From Actinomycetota bacterium (GTDB taxonomy: Bacteria; Actinomycetota; CADDZG01; JAHWKV01), in assembly GCA_019347715.1 (NCBI GenBank), contig JAHWKU010000007.1, positions 8,349 to 72,348 of the forward strand: a stretch of 64,000 bases of DNA, read 5' to 3'. The translations under genes and the position numbers were made by a program. The stretch's first letter is position 1, and each line of letters starts with the position of its first letter. Below the pieces are notes generated by a model. It did no database searches. It was given only the letters and a program-made list of their open reading frames with translations, and was not told the DNA's origin. Below are positions 38,485-47,511 of this stretch, one piece after another.

Positions 38485-38921
38485 ACAAATTCCTCCCGGT
38501 CGTGGAGAAACTCGGCCACGCTTCTGTCCAGCTTCCTCGTTATCTCGTCCAGAGCCAGGAAGAACGCCATTTGACCTTGGCGCAGCGCGTCCAGAACCTC
38601 TCCGTCGTTCCTGGCCACCTCGAAGATGCTTTGTCCGTCCGTTATCAGCTTGATACCCGCCAGATGTTCCTCGAGGCCGGCCTTGTCTCGCAGATATTTG
38701 TAGGCGCGCCGGACCTTTTGCAGCGACATGCCTCCTTCCAGCAACGCCTTGACTACCTTTAAGGCAACCAGGTCCCGGAAAGAGTAGAGACGCCGCACGC
38801 CGGGGCGTCCCCCTGTTGATTGGATACTTGGCCTTACGAGCCCTATTTGATCCCAATAGCGAAGCTGGTGAGGCGTACAACCCGTTAGGCGGGAAGCCTG
38901 AAGGACGCCGAAGCCTTCCAC
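38424..38921 (-). CDS. MerR-family regulator, Rv1830/McdR-like
   Basis: QLRYWDQIGLVRPS..RRLYSFRDLVALKVVKALLEGGMSLQKVRRA, LITDG, GQMAF resemble the Rv1830 family. Confidence 0.8.
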   Translation of the reverse strand: MEGFGVLQASRLTGCTPHQLRYWDQIGLVRPSIQSTGGRPGVRRLYSFRDLVALKVVKALLEGGMSLQKVRRAYKYLRDKAGLEEHLAGIKLITDGQSIFEVARNDGEVLDALRQGQMAFFLALDEITRKLDRSVAEFLHDREEFVQTLRAAEDALIEERTRATR

Positions 38922-39116
38922 TCGAATTCCCTTCTTGACTAGATCGGTCGGTTAAAAGCTACTCAGAATGTCGTGGGGAAGAAACTTTAGTAGTGACTCT
39001 GAGTTTCTAGCAAAACGCGAAGCGTACGCGCAAGGCGCAGGGGGTTCTTTTTTGGACGCACGAGTAAGTTTTTTCGCGCCTGTAATCTTTTGGCAGGGAA
39101 AGCTCGCCTGGAGAAT

Positions 39117-39491
39117 TCAGTTTCGCTGATTCGGCTCGTCGGGCTTACCGTCTGACTGGCTTCCGCGAGCAGGGCCAAATAATTTTTGAAGGGGCGAAAC
39201 CTGCTTGACACTGGCCGTCTCCACGGCCCCCCTGCGCGCGTGGTGATAGGAAAAGGTGGCACCGGCTAGCATCACCAAAAAGGCGGCCGCTCCTACAGCT
39301 ACGGATTGTGTGAAGAAGAATGCTACGAGACCGGCAAACCCCAGTGAAAAGACCACGATACCGATCTTTACCTTCCGCGAGGTTTCGCCAGCGAGGCTGG
39401 TCGCGACGCCGCGAGCGAACTTCGGATCCTCGGTGATCAGCTGCTTTTCGATCTCCTGAAGGATCTGCTGCTCTTTGTCGGATAAGGGCAT
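39117..39491 (-). CDS. DUF3040 family membrane protein
   Basis: MPLSDKEQQILQEIEKQLITEDPKFA plus two TMs; TATAAT upstream at 39523-39518. Confidence 0.92.
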   Translation of the reverse strand: MPLSDKEQQILQEIEKQLITEDPKFARGVATSLAGETSRKVKIGIVVFSLGFAGLVAFFFTQSVAVGAAAFLVMLAGATFSYHHARRGAVETASVKQVSPLQKLFGPARGSQSDGKPDEPNQRN

Positions 39492-39552
39492 ATTGGCAAC
39501 CTCGAAACTGCTCTAACGATTATATGTCGGCCTGCTATTTTGGGAGGCGGTG

Positions 39553-40746
39553 TCAATCCGAGGACTCCAGGAGCACCCCAAACTCGATAGCCTCTTCCCC
39601 AAATCGTCTCCTGACGAGATCCAGCGTTCGATCGGCATCCGACCAGCCGGCCGCAGGGTCGAAAGACAGTTGCTCGGACGGAGGCCAGTCCTTCAGGTTC
39701 GACAATGAGACGCCAAGCAACCGGATCCTAGGATGACCGGACGCTCCCCCGCCTGAAAGAACCCTTGAGATGAGGTCTCTCACCACCAGATAAATCGATC
39801 TGGCTCCATCAACTTCGGCCGGCAAGGTCACCGAACGCGTGATGGTCGTGAAGTTCGAGAATCGCACCTTGAGGGTGACCGTTTGTCCACTTATCCCCCG
39901 GGCTCTCAACCTAGAAGCAACTCTGTCGGACAGCTTTAGCAGGACACGCAGGATCTCACCTGTGTCGGTAAGGTCCCTTTCGAACGTCTCTTCGGCCCCC
40001 ATCGACTTGCGGGGAGAATCGGCTACGACACCTCTATCGTCGATGCCTCTGGCGAGCCGGGCGATATGACCTCCAAGGGACCCCAAGGCTCTTTCGAGGC
40101 TCGACTGAGGCAAATTAACAACATCACCGATAGTCCGAAGTCCAAATCTCTTCAGGATCGAAGCAGTCTCGGTCCCAACCCCCCACAGAGCTTCCACCGG
40201 CAGAGGACGCAGGAACTCGTCCACTTCGTCCGGATGGATCAGAACCATCCCATCCGGCTTGGAATGCTTGGACGCCAGTTTCGCAAGGAATTTATTCGGC
40301 GCAATACCAACCGAGACCGATAGCCCTGTCTGGCCGAGCACGTCATCTCTCAAGCCCTTTGCCATTTCTTCTGGTCCGGCCCACATCTTGCTCGCTCCTG
40401 AGACGTCGAGGAAGGCTTCGTCCAAAGACAATGGCTCAACCACCGGCGAGAACGAATCGAAGACTCGGCGCACTTCTTTGGACTTCACGGCGTACATCTC
40501 GAAGTCCGGCTGGATGAAAATGGCATTGGGACACAACCTGCGCGCCCTGGAAGTTGGCATCGCCGAGTGGATCCCATACTTTCTCGCCTCATAAGAAGCC
40601 GAAGTCACTACTCCCCTGGACGACGTCCCGCCAACGATCACGGGCTTACCTTTGAGTTTCGGCTCCCGAAGCACTTCGACGCTTGCATAAAAGGCATCCA
40701 GATCGGCGTGCATGACCGGCGTGGACCATACGGGAGAAGACTTCAC
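39553..40746 (-). CDS. dinB: DNA polymerase IV (Y family), catalytically intact
   Basis: HADLDAFYASVE, SYEARKYG, SLDEAFLD, KFLAKLAS..KPDG, RLLGV, clamp-like EQLSF; GTGA overlap with the dnaE2 stop. Confidence 0.95.
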   Translation of the reverse strand: MKSSPVWSTPVMHADLDAFYASVEVLREPKLKGKPVIVGGTSSRGVVTSASYEARKYGIHSAMPTSRARRLCPNAIFIQPDFEMYAVKSKEVRRVFDSFSPVVEPLSLDEAFLDVSGASKMWAGPEEMAKGLRDDVLGQTGLSVSVGIAPNKFLAKLASKHSKPDGMVLIHPDEVDEFLRPLPVEALWGVGTETASILKRFGLRTIGDVVNLPQSSLERALGSLGGHIARLARGIDDRGVVADSPRKSMGAEETFERDLTDTGEILRVLLKLSDRVASRLRARGISGQTVTLKVRFSNFTTITRSVTLPAEVDGARSIYLVVRDLISRVLSGGGASGHPRIRLLGVSLSNLKDWPPSEQLSFDPAAGWSDADRTLDLVRRRFGEEAIEFGVLLESSD

Positions 40747-43700
40747 CTGCCGGCTGAACCTCCGCTCGAATGCCACAGCTTCTTGGGGGGGTCTTCGGGA
40801 CTGGACAGATCGATCACTTCTTCACCCAGGATAGAAACCCCCTTCTCTCCGGTTCGGCGAACGATGCCTCTGACCGCCAGTATCCATGAGTCGAAAACCT
40901 TCCTCGCGTACTTGGCCTGAACTTCTTCAAACAACGCGACATCGGCCTGACCGGTCCCGTCTTCGAGCGTTAGAAAGATCACTCGCTTGCCTGACTTAAC
41001 GGGGGGAGTTTGGGTTGCGACTTTGACGCCGGCGACCACAACTATTTTTCCTGATTTCTGCCGCCGAAGCTCCGAAGCTGGTGTCCAGCCAAGCGATTGC
41101 AATTGCCCGCGATAGAAAGAGATGAGATGGCGCGAAGCGTCCATCCCTATCACCTCAAGCTCGGCCTCGACCTTTTCTCTATCCGAATAGTCGCTGATGC
41201 CTGGGAGCTGGATTTCCTCTGGGCTGGATATGTTGAGTGCCATTTGCTCGGCCCTGCGCCGGATGCGCTCCGACCATCTCTCTTCGACCATCCAGAACAG
41301 CTCCCTTCTGGATCGCTTTCCTTTGATCGAGTCAAAGGCGCCACAATGGACAAGCGCTTCGACCACAGGCCTGGATGCCTCGGCTCTTTCACAGAAGTCC
41401 TGAAAGCTTCTCCACGGTCTGCCGTTCACGATCGATGAGACTTCCCCATCCGATATCCCCTTGACATCCTTGAGAGCCAGACGGATCGAAAGCGGCGGTT
41501 CTGTCCGGTATTCGGGGGCCGAGAGATTCACGTCCACTCCAAGTATCGAAACCCCATGCGAGCGGGCGTCGGCCAGGATCGCTCGTCGCGGGTACATGCC
41601 GGGATCGTGAGTCAACACTCCGCAGTAGAACTCGGCGGGAAAATGGGCCTTCAGCCAAGCGGACTGATAGGTGGGCACGGCAAAAGCGGCAGCATGAGCT
41701 TTACAGAATCCGAACGACGCGAACTGCAGTACGTCGGTCCAGATGTTCTCTGCCAGCTCTCGCTTCCATCCCCGGTCCGCCGCCATGGAGACAACTTCGT
41801 CCTTCAAAGCCTTTTGCTCTAAAGACAGTCCTGCCGGTTTTCCGCTTGCAGGATCGGGAGCCTCGAAGGTGTTGTCGAGCTGCCTGCGGATCTTGTCTGC
41901 TTTTTCCATTCCACAGCCGGTGAGGGCATCGATCACTTTCATCACCTGCTCGTGATAAACGATCACTCCCTTGGTCTCCTTCAGGATCTGGACCAAAGAT
42001 GGATGCGGATATGTCGTCGGCTCGAACCCATGCCGGCGCTCGAGGAAAGGCCGCACCATGTCGCTTTTGACGGGGCCCGGACGGAACAAGGAGATGTCGA
42101 TGATCAAGTCCTCGAACTGATCGGGCTGAAACTTCCCCAAAAGCTCTCTTTGCCCGGGACTCTCGATCTGAAAGCACCCCATGGTCCTCGAGTCCCTGAT
42201 CAACTCAAAGGTAGCCTGGTCTTTGATCTGCAAAACTCTCTGCTTGCCTCCAGGCTCTGGCTGAGGAGTGCCCCGGCGGCCGAAGGCTGAATCGATGTCC
42301 GGACGAAAGCCGCGGGTCCGTTCGATTTCGTCCATCGTATGAGTCATTGCCGAGAGCATCCGGATGCCGAGAACGTCGAGCTTCGCGATCCCGAGGGCCT
42401 CGATGTCGTCCTTGTCGAACTGACTCATGAGAAAACCCTCGAAAGAGCTCTGCATCGGCATCAGGTCTCGCAGGCTCTCGTCGGAGAGGATCACAGCAGA
42501 GGGATGGAGCGCGAGATGACGGGGGTAGGAGTCGAGCCGGCTTGCAAGTTCGAACAGCACCTCCAGCTTCGACTGATTGAGCCCGGCAGCGGCGACTTCG
42601 GGAAGCCCCTCCAGAGCCTGAGGGATCTTCGAAGCCGAGATGTAAGGAAACGTTTTGGCTATCAGATCGATTTCGCTCAGAGGGAGGCCGAGCGCCTTCC
42701 CCACTTCGCGAAGCGCCCCCCTGGCTCGGAAGGTATCCATCATTGCCACCATCGCGGTTCGCTCGCCGTAGGTGTCCAGGATGTATCGCAGCACTTGATC
42801 GCGTCGAGCCGACTCGAAGTCGATGTCGATATCGGGGATCTCTCTGCGGTACCGATTCATGAATCGCTCGAATGAGAGGTTGTGGCGAATAGGGTCGACG
42901 TCCGAGATACCCAGCGCGTATGCGACAAGAGAACCGGCTGCGCTTCCCCGGCAAGAGCAGCGAATGCCGATCACGTTTCTTGCATGCTCGACGATGTCTG
43001 CGACTAAAAGGAAGTAACCGCAGAACCCGCCCCAGTGGATCATCTGCAGCTCCATCTGGAGACGCTCGTCGATTTCCTTGGTGATTTTGTGAAAACGGCT
43101 GCGCAGACCTTTCCAGCACGCGGCTGCCAGGATCTCGGTAGAGGACTTGGAACGATCGGGGCCCCCCTTTTCGGCGGGCAGGTCCGGGAAGTGAAACTCA
43201 CCTAGAGGCAGCTGGTATTCGCAACGATCGGCAATCAAGCGACTCGTCTCGATTGCTCCGGCAGTATGGAGACGAGCCATCTCGTTTTCGCTCTTGAGGC
43301 AGTACTCGGAATTCTCGCGAGGGGCCGTAGTCCTGCTTAGAGGGACGATCCGGCGTATGCAGTCGGCAATGTCATGCACCACTGCATCTCGGCGATCTAC
43401 ATAATGGACGTTGTTGGTGGCAACCATATTGGCGCCCAACGAACTTCCAAGGTCGGTCAGTTGTCTGTTTCTTTGATAATCGTCGTGCCGCAGATGGTTC
43501 GAGATCTCTAAGGCGAAATCTTGCACGCCGAACACATCCAGCCATCGCCTCGCGGCCTGTTCGGCGATCTCTGTCTGTCCAAGCGCGACATGCCAGTTGA
43601 CCTCGCCTTTGTCGCATCCCGAAAGGGCGATCAAGCCCTCCGAGTGATTTGCGATCTCCTCGAACGAAGTTCGTGGCCTCCGGCCCGGCTCGAGAGATTG

Positions 43701-44006
43701 CGCCCTGGAATCGAGGTGCATCTTGGTGACCAGCCGGCATAGGTTCGCCCATCCCTTTTTGTCTTTGGCCAAAAGGACGGCATGGAATCCATCGCCCCAT
43801 TCCAGTTCCGTTCCCAGGATCGGCCTTACGCCGAAGTGATTACACGCGAGCGTGAAACGCACTGCCCCGTACATGCCGTCGTGATCGGTGAGAGCAAGAG
43901 CATCCATTCCAAGCTCAGCTGCTCTCTCCGCCAGATCGCCTACATGGGCGGCTCCTTCTCTAAGCGAGTAATTCGAATGTGAATGGAGATGAACAAACCC
44001 ACTCAT
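40743..44006 (-). CDS. dnaE2: error-prone DNA polymerase III alpha (DnaE2-type)
   Basis: RGSAAGS, PDIDIDFE, PRHLALHP, KLDVLG, FQIESPGQ, GFCKAHAAAF, PGMYP, GKRVIFLTLEDGTG, C-terminal LWHSSGGSAG. Confidence 0.93.
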   Translation of the reverse strand: MSGFVHLHSHSNYSLREGAAHVGDLAERAAELGMDALALTDHDGMYGAVRFTLACNHFGVRPILGTELEWGDGFHAVLLAKDKKGWANLCRLVTKMHLDSRAQSLEPGRRPRTSFEEIANHSEGLIALSGCDKGEVNWHVALGQTEIAEQAARRWLDVFGVQDFALEISNHLRHDDYQRNRQLTDLGSSLGANMVATNNVHYVDRRDAVVHDIADCIRRIVPLSRTTAPRENSEYCLKSENEMARLHTAGAIETSRLIADRCEYQLPLGEFHFPDLPAEKGGPDRSKSSTEILAAACWKGLRSRFHKITKEIDERLQMELQMIHWGGFCGYFLLVADIVEHARNVIGIRCSCRGSAAGSLVAYALGISDVDPIRHNLSFERFMNRYRREIPDIDIDFESARRDQVLRYILDTYGERTAMVAMMDTFRARGALREVGKALGLPLSEIDLIAKTFPYISASKIPQALEGLPEVAAAGLNQSKLEVLFELASRLDSYPRHLALHPSAVILSDESLRDLMPMQSSFEGFLMSQFDKDDIEALGIAKLDVLGIRMLSAMTHTMDEIERTRGFRPDIDSAFGRRGTPQPEPGGKQRVLQIKDQATFELIRDSRTMGCFQIESPGQRELLGKFQPDQFEDLIIDISLFRPGPVKSDMVRPFLERRHGFEPTTYPHPSLVQILKETKGVIVYHEQVMKVIDALTGCGMEKADKIRRQLDNTFEAPDPASGKPAGLSLEQKALKDEVVSMAADRGWKRELAENIWTDVLQFASFGFCKAHAAAFAVPTYQSAWLKAHFPAEFYCGVLTHDPGMYPRRAILADARSHGVSILGVDVNLSAPEYRTEPPLSIRLALKDVKGISDGEVSSIVNGRPWRSFQDFCERAEASRPVVEALVHCGAFDSIKGKRSRRELFWMVEERWSERIRRRAEQMALNISSPEEIQLPGISDYSDREKVEAELEVIGMDASRHLISFYRGQLQSLGWTPASELRRQKSGKIVVVAGVKVATQTPPVKSGKRVIFLTLEDGTGQADVALFEEVQAKYARKVFDSWILAVRGIVRRTGEKGVSILGEEVIDLSSPEDPPKKLWHSSGGSAGR

Positions 44007-44090
44007 CGATCTTTGTGACGGCAATCAGAGGGTGGGATGCCGGACGCCCGGGGAGCGCACGGGGAGAGTTGCGGGCGCCCGGCTACTTGC

Positions 44091-44357
44091 TCAATCCCAC
44101 ACCCTTGCCATTCGCCATCGTGATTTCTCCCGGCCGGCGAGCCGGTCGAGACGGAGATCGTAGGTTCCTCCAGCGGCTTCGACTCTGAAGCACTCACGGT
44201 CCTTGGCCCGCCCTGCGTCCCAGGCTTCTCCGGCCTCCCGCCAGTACTTCAGCAGCCGGTTGATCGGATACCGCCGGCCCCTCCATCTAAAGGCGAGGGG
44301 GGCCCCAAGGACGCCTCCTAACTCCACCTCGATCGGGTCGTCGTACCGCTTGGTCAA
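44091..44357 (-). CDS. DUF6504-like small protein (88 aa)
   Basis: TTG start with AAGGTG SD; YDDPIEV, FRWRGRRY, W..AGEAW, ECFRVEA, YDL, W.MARVWD. Confidence 0.78.
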   Translation of the reverse strand: MTKRYDDPIEVELGGVLGAPLAFRWRGRRYPINRLLKYWREAGEAWDAGRAKDRECFRVEAAGGTYDLRLDRLAGREKSRWRMARVWD

Positions 44358-44385
44358 GCTCTCACCTTCTATGATTCTCCGTAAT

Positions 44386-44399
44386 CGAACATTTGTTCG
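44386..44399. promoter_or_regulatory. LexA (SOS/Cheo) box
   Basis: CGAAC-ATTT-GTTCG, a perfect Gram-positive/actinobacterial consensus, 28 nt upstream of the cassette's first gene. Confidence 0.9.
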
Positions 44400-44410
44400 G
44401 AGGACTTGAA

Positions 44411-44440
44411 ACCGTACACCTGTTCGGTAGGGCTTGTCAA
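44411..44440 (-). promoter_or_regulatory. sigma-A promoter with a second, degenerate LexA box (44413-44426)
   Basis: Minus strand TTGACA-N18-TACGGT; CGTAC-ACCT-GTTCG overlaps the spacer and -10. Confidence 0.75.
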
Positions 44441-44456
44441 CTAGAGATCGGGGCGT

Positions 44457-46331
44457 TTGAGCTACCCTGACCCCCCCATCCAGGCTGGAGAAAACGTGGC
44501 GACCGACGTAGAGCAAAAGACCTCAGAAGCGCTCAAGGAAGACCCCAAGAAAAAACGGCTTTGGCGCAACGTGATCGACGCCGTCAAGCTCGCATGGGCA
44601 GCCTCTCCCAAGTCGTTCCTAGCAATCGCCGCATTCACGATCGTAGCCGCGGTGATACCTCCGATAGTCGTCGAGCTCGGTAGGCGGTTGGTCGATCTTG
44701 TCGCCTCGAGCCGCGAAGTGAGCATCGACCGGTCGGTCCTGCTGTGGACGGTGGCCGGTCTCGGAGCCGCAGCTGCCGGCCAGCGTGTTTTAAACAATCT
44801 TCAGAGCAATCGCCAGACGGTCTTTGCAGAAAGAGTTGGCCTTCATGCTCAAGCCCGATATCTGGAAGTTGTGTCTCATGCGGATGCAGGCTACTTCGAC
44901 GATCCCAAGTGGCATGACCGGGTGCAGCGCGCATCGCGCGACGTGAACTTTCGGCCATCGAACCTGACCAGGTCCTTGATAAGCCTCGTAGGGTCCGCAG
45001 TGACGGTACTGGGAATGTTTGCCGTGCTATTACGTGTTCATTACCTGCTGGTTGGGATGGCACTGATCGCCGTGCTTATTCCGATACCGGTGCAAAGAGG
45101 TCTCGTAAAGAAGAGATACAGCTTCTACTTCGAGCAAACCCCCACCGAGAGGGAGATGTACTACCTCAGATGGGTTCTGACCGACTCGAGGATGGCCAAA
45201 GATTTGAGAGCCTTCCTCCTTGAAGACTGCGTTCTGGCGCGCCACCGGAAGACAGCACTCGACCGGCATGAACGACTGAGCAGTCTTTATCGCAGAGCTA
45301 ACCAGATGTCCGTGGTGGTTGGTCTATTCAGTGGAGCGGCCCTAGCTTTGGCCTATTGGTTTGTGGCATCGAGAGGTGTCGCCGGAGAGGTGACACCAGG
45401 ACAGGTAACCGCAGTAATGGGAGCGCTTACCAGTGTCACATCTCAAGTCTCCTCGATCATCGCTTCTCTGATCGCCATTGAGGAACACGCCACTTTTCTG
45501 GACGACTATTTCACTTTCTTGGAGCTTCCCCGCTTGATCGAAGCCGGCGACCCGAAGCAATCGTTGCCCAAGGAGCTGGACGACGGGATCCGATTCGAAG
45601 GGGTCCATTTCAGTTATCCAGGAGTCGATCAGCCGGCGCTTGGAGGGATCGACCTGCACATAAAGAAGGGCGAATTGGTTGCCCTAGTCGGGGAGAATGG
45701 GGCAGGCAAGACCTCAATGGTGAAGCTCCTTTTGCGCTTTTACGATCCTACGTCGGGCCGTATCACGATCGGCGGTGTGGACCTGAGGAACGCGACTCCG
45801 CAAGACATTCGGGACAGGATTGGGGTGCTTTTCCAGGATGCGTATGGTTACGTTCTTTCGGCCAGAGAAAACGTGACGCTTGGGAGAGTCGAGAAAAGTG
45901 CGAGCGATGAAGAAATATGGGACGTCCTTCGCCGAGCTCGGGCCGACGGCATCGTCAAGGAGCTAAAGCAAGGACTGGATTCAAACGTCGGGCGATTCTT
46001 TGAGGGCGGCAAGGATCTCTCCGGAGGTGAGTGGCAGCGCATGGCTCTTGCTCGCCTCATGTTCCGGGACGCCGACATCTGGATTCTCGATGAACCCACT
46101 TCGTCTCTCGACCCAGAGGCAGAAGCAGGGATCTTCGCCGAGCTGAAGGAGAACCTCCGCGGTCGCATGGGTATCGTGATCTCCCACCGGTTCTCAACGG
46201 TCAGGATCGCCGACCGTATCGCCGTGGTAGAAGACGGAAGGATCACAGAGCTGGGAACCCACGAGGAGCTTATGAAGTTGGGAAAGCGATACGCTCACCT
46301 ATTCGAACTTCAAGCTGAGGCTTATAGGTAA
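44457..46331 (+). CDS. ABC exporter, fused permease/ATPase
   Basis: About 6 TMs, GENGAGKT, LSGGEWQR, ILDEPT, SHR; start may be GTG 44496. Confidence 0.93.
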   Translation: MSYPDPPIQAGENVATDVEQKTSEALKEDPKKKRLWRNVIDAVKLAWAASPKSFLAIAAFTIVAAVIPPIVVELGRRLVDLVASSREVSIDRSVLLWTVAGLGAAAAGQRVLNNLQSNRQTVFAERVGLHAQARYLEVVSHADAGYFDDPKWHDRVQRASRDVNFRPSNLTRSLISLVGSAVTVLGMFAVLLRVHYLLVGMALIAVLIPIPVQRGLVKKRYSFYFEQTPTEREMYYLRWVLTDSRMAKDLRAFLLEDCVLARHRKTALDRHERLSSLYRRANQMSVVVGLFSGAALALAYWFVASRGVAGEVTPGQVTAVMGALTSVTSQVSSIIASLIAIEEHATFLDDYFTFLELPRLIEAGDPKQSLPKELDDGIRFEGVHFSYPGVDQPALGGIDLHIKKGELVALVGENGAGKTSMVKLLLRFYDPTSGRITIGGVDLRNATPQDIRDRIGVLFQDAYGYVLSARENVTLGRVEKSASDEEIWDVLRRARADGIVKELKQGLDSNVGRFFEGGKDLSGGEWQRMALARLMFRDADIWILDEPTSSLDPEAEAGIFAELKENLRGRMGIVISHRFSTVRIADRIAVVEDGRITELGTHEELMKLGKRYAHLFELQAEAYR

Positions 46332-46337
46332 AGGCCA

Positions 46338-47507
46338 TTGAACTGGGTCGATCTCATCATCATCGTTGCCGCCATCAGCTCTGCCATAAACGGGTTCTAT
46401 CGAGGCGGGGCGCGCCAGCTGATGTCGTATGGGGGCTTCTGGCTCGGCCTCTTTCTGGGAGCCGCCCTGGCCCCCTCGGTCGCCGGGGCCTTCTCGGGGT
46501 TCTTGGCACGCATCGTCGTGACCCTGGTAGTGATCTTCGGCTCTGCATCGCTCCTGTCGACCGTTGGGACCATTGCCGGGACTCGAATTTGGGGGAACCT
46601 CAGGCGGATGAGACTTGGCGGCGTGGACGCCGCCGTGGGATCAGGAGTCTCGGTGGTGGCCGTCCTGCTCGCAGCATGGTTCCTGGGTCACATGTTCAGC
46701 CGGGTGCCCATCGGTCCGATCAGCTCCTCGATCCACCAATCCAAGGTCATTCAAACCACCAGCAAGGTACTTCCCCCGGCTCCATCGGTGATCGCGGAGG
46801 CCCGCCAGCTCTTTGCCTCGGCCGGCTTCCCAGATGTATTCGCGGAGCTCGAGCCTGCTCCGGCGGAAGATGCGCCACTGCCGGGAAACCCCCAGGTTCA
46901 AGCGGCAGTAGCGGCGGCTCGTAGCTCGACGGTCAGGATCGTCGGCTCCGGGTGCGGTGGTGTCCAGACAGGATCGGGATTTGTGGCAGCCCCCGGCCTG
47001 ATCGTAACGAACGCTCACGTCGTAGCAGGAATCGACGAGCCTTTTGTTGAAGACGCAAACGGACGACACGCCTCAACTCCCGTGCACTTCGATCCCAACA
47101 TGGACATCGCCATCCTTCGTACAAGCGGTCTCGCAGGTGACGCATTGCCGATGAGAGGCGCAACTGTGGACAGGGGTCACAGCGGAGCCGCGCTGGGCTA
47201 TCCGGGAGGGGGCAGCTTCACGGCATCGGCGGCCGTCGTGCTTTCTGCATTCGAAGCAGTTGGACGCGACATCTACGGAAGAGACTTGAGTGAACGTCCC
47301 GTATATCAAATGAGGGCAGAGATCCACCCAGGCAACTCTGGCGGTCCGTTCGTCGATGCCCAGGGACAGGTGACCGGAGTGATGTTCTCCGCGTCTGCGA
47401 GAAGAAGCGATGTCTCCTACGCCATTCAGTCTCCAGAAGTCGCAAGCATGGTTCGGGAGCACTCCGGCAACCGGCAGCGAACCGACACTGGACCGTGCAC
47501 TCGCTGA
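46338..47507 (+). CDS. marP: MarP-family serine protease (CvpA membrane domain + trypsin-like domain)
   Basis: NWVD N-terminus, TNAHVVAG, DIAIL, GYPGGG, PGNSGGP, C-terminal DTGPC. Confidence 0.9.
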   Translation: MNWVDLIIIVAAISSAINGFYRGGARQLMSYGGFWLGLFLGAALAPSVAGAFSGFLARIVVTLVVIFGSASLLSTVGTIAGTRIWGNLRRMRLGGVDAAVGSGVSVVAVLLAAWFLGHMFSRVPIGPISSSIHQSKVIQTTSKVLPPAPSVIAEARQLFASAGFPDVFAELEPAPAEDAPLPGNPQVQAAVAAARSSTVRIVGSGCGGVQTGSGFVAAPGLIVTNAHVVAGIDEPFVEDANGRHASTPVHFDPNMDIAILRTSGLAGDALPMRGATVDRGHSGAALGYPGGGSFTASAAVVLSAFEAVGRDIYGRDLSERPVYQMRAEIHPGNSGGPFVDAQGQVTGVMFSASARRSDVSYAIQSPEVASMVREHSGNRQRTDTGPCTR

Positions 47508-47511
47508 CAAG

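Noticed and set aside
38922..39116. Possible riboswitch or ncRNA in the MerR leader
   Set aside because: Only short alternative stems (ACTCAGA/TCTGAGT, GAAACT/AGTTTC); no recognisable aptamer
39546..39555. GACAC (WhiA/WhiB-type) motif upstream of DUF3040, and GACACGC at 30405-30411
   Set aside because: Five- to seven-mers are too frequent in GC-rich DNA to support without footprinting
44003..44197. 64-aa ORF whose stop overlaps the dnaE2 ATG
   Set aside because: Overlaps the DUF6504-like gene out of frame, has no SD or recognisable features; a role in translational coupling cannot be fully excluded
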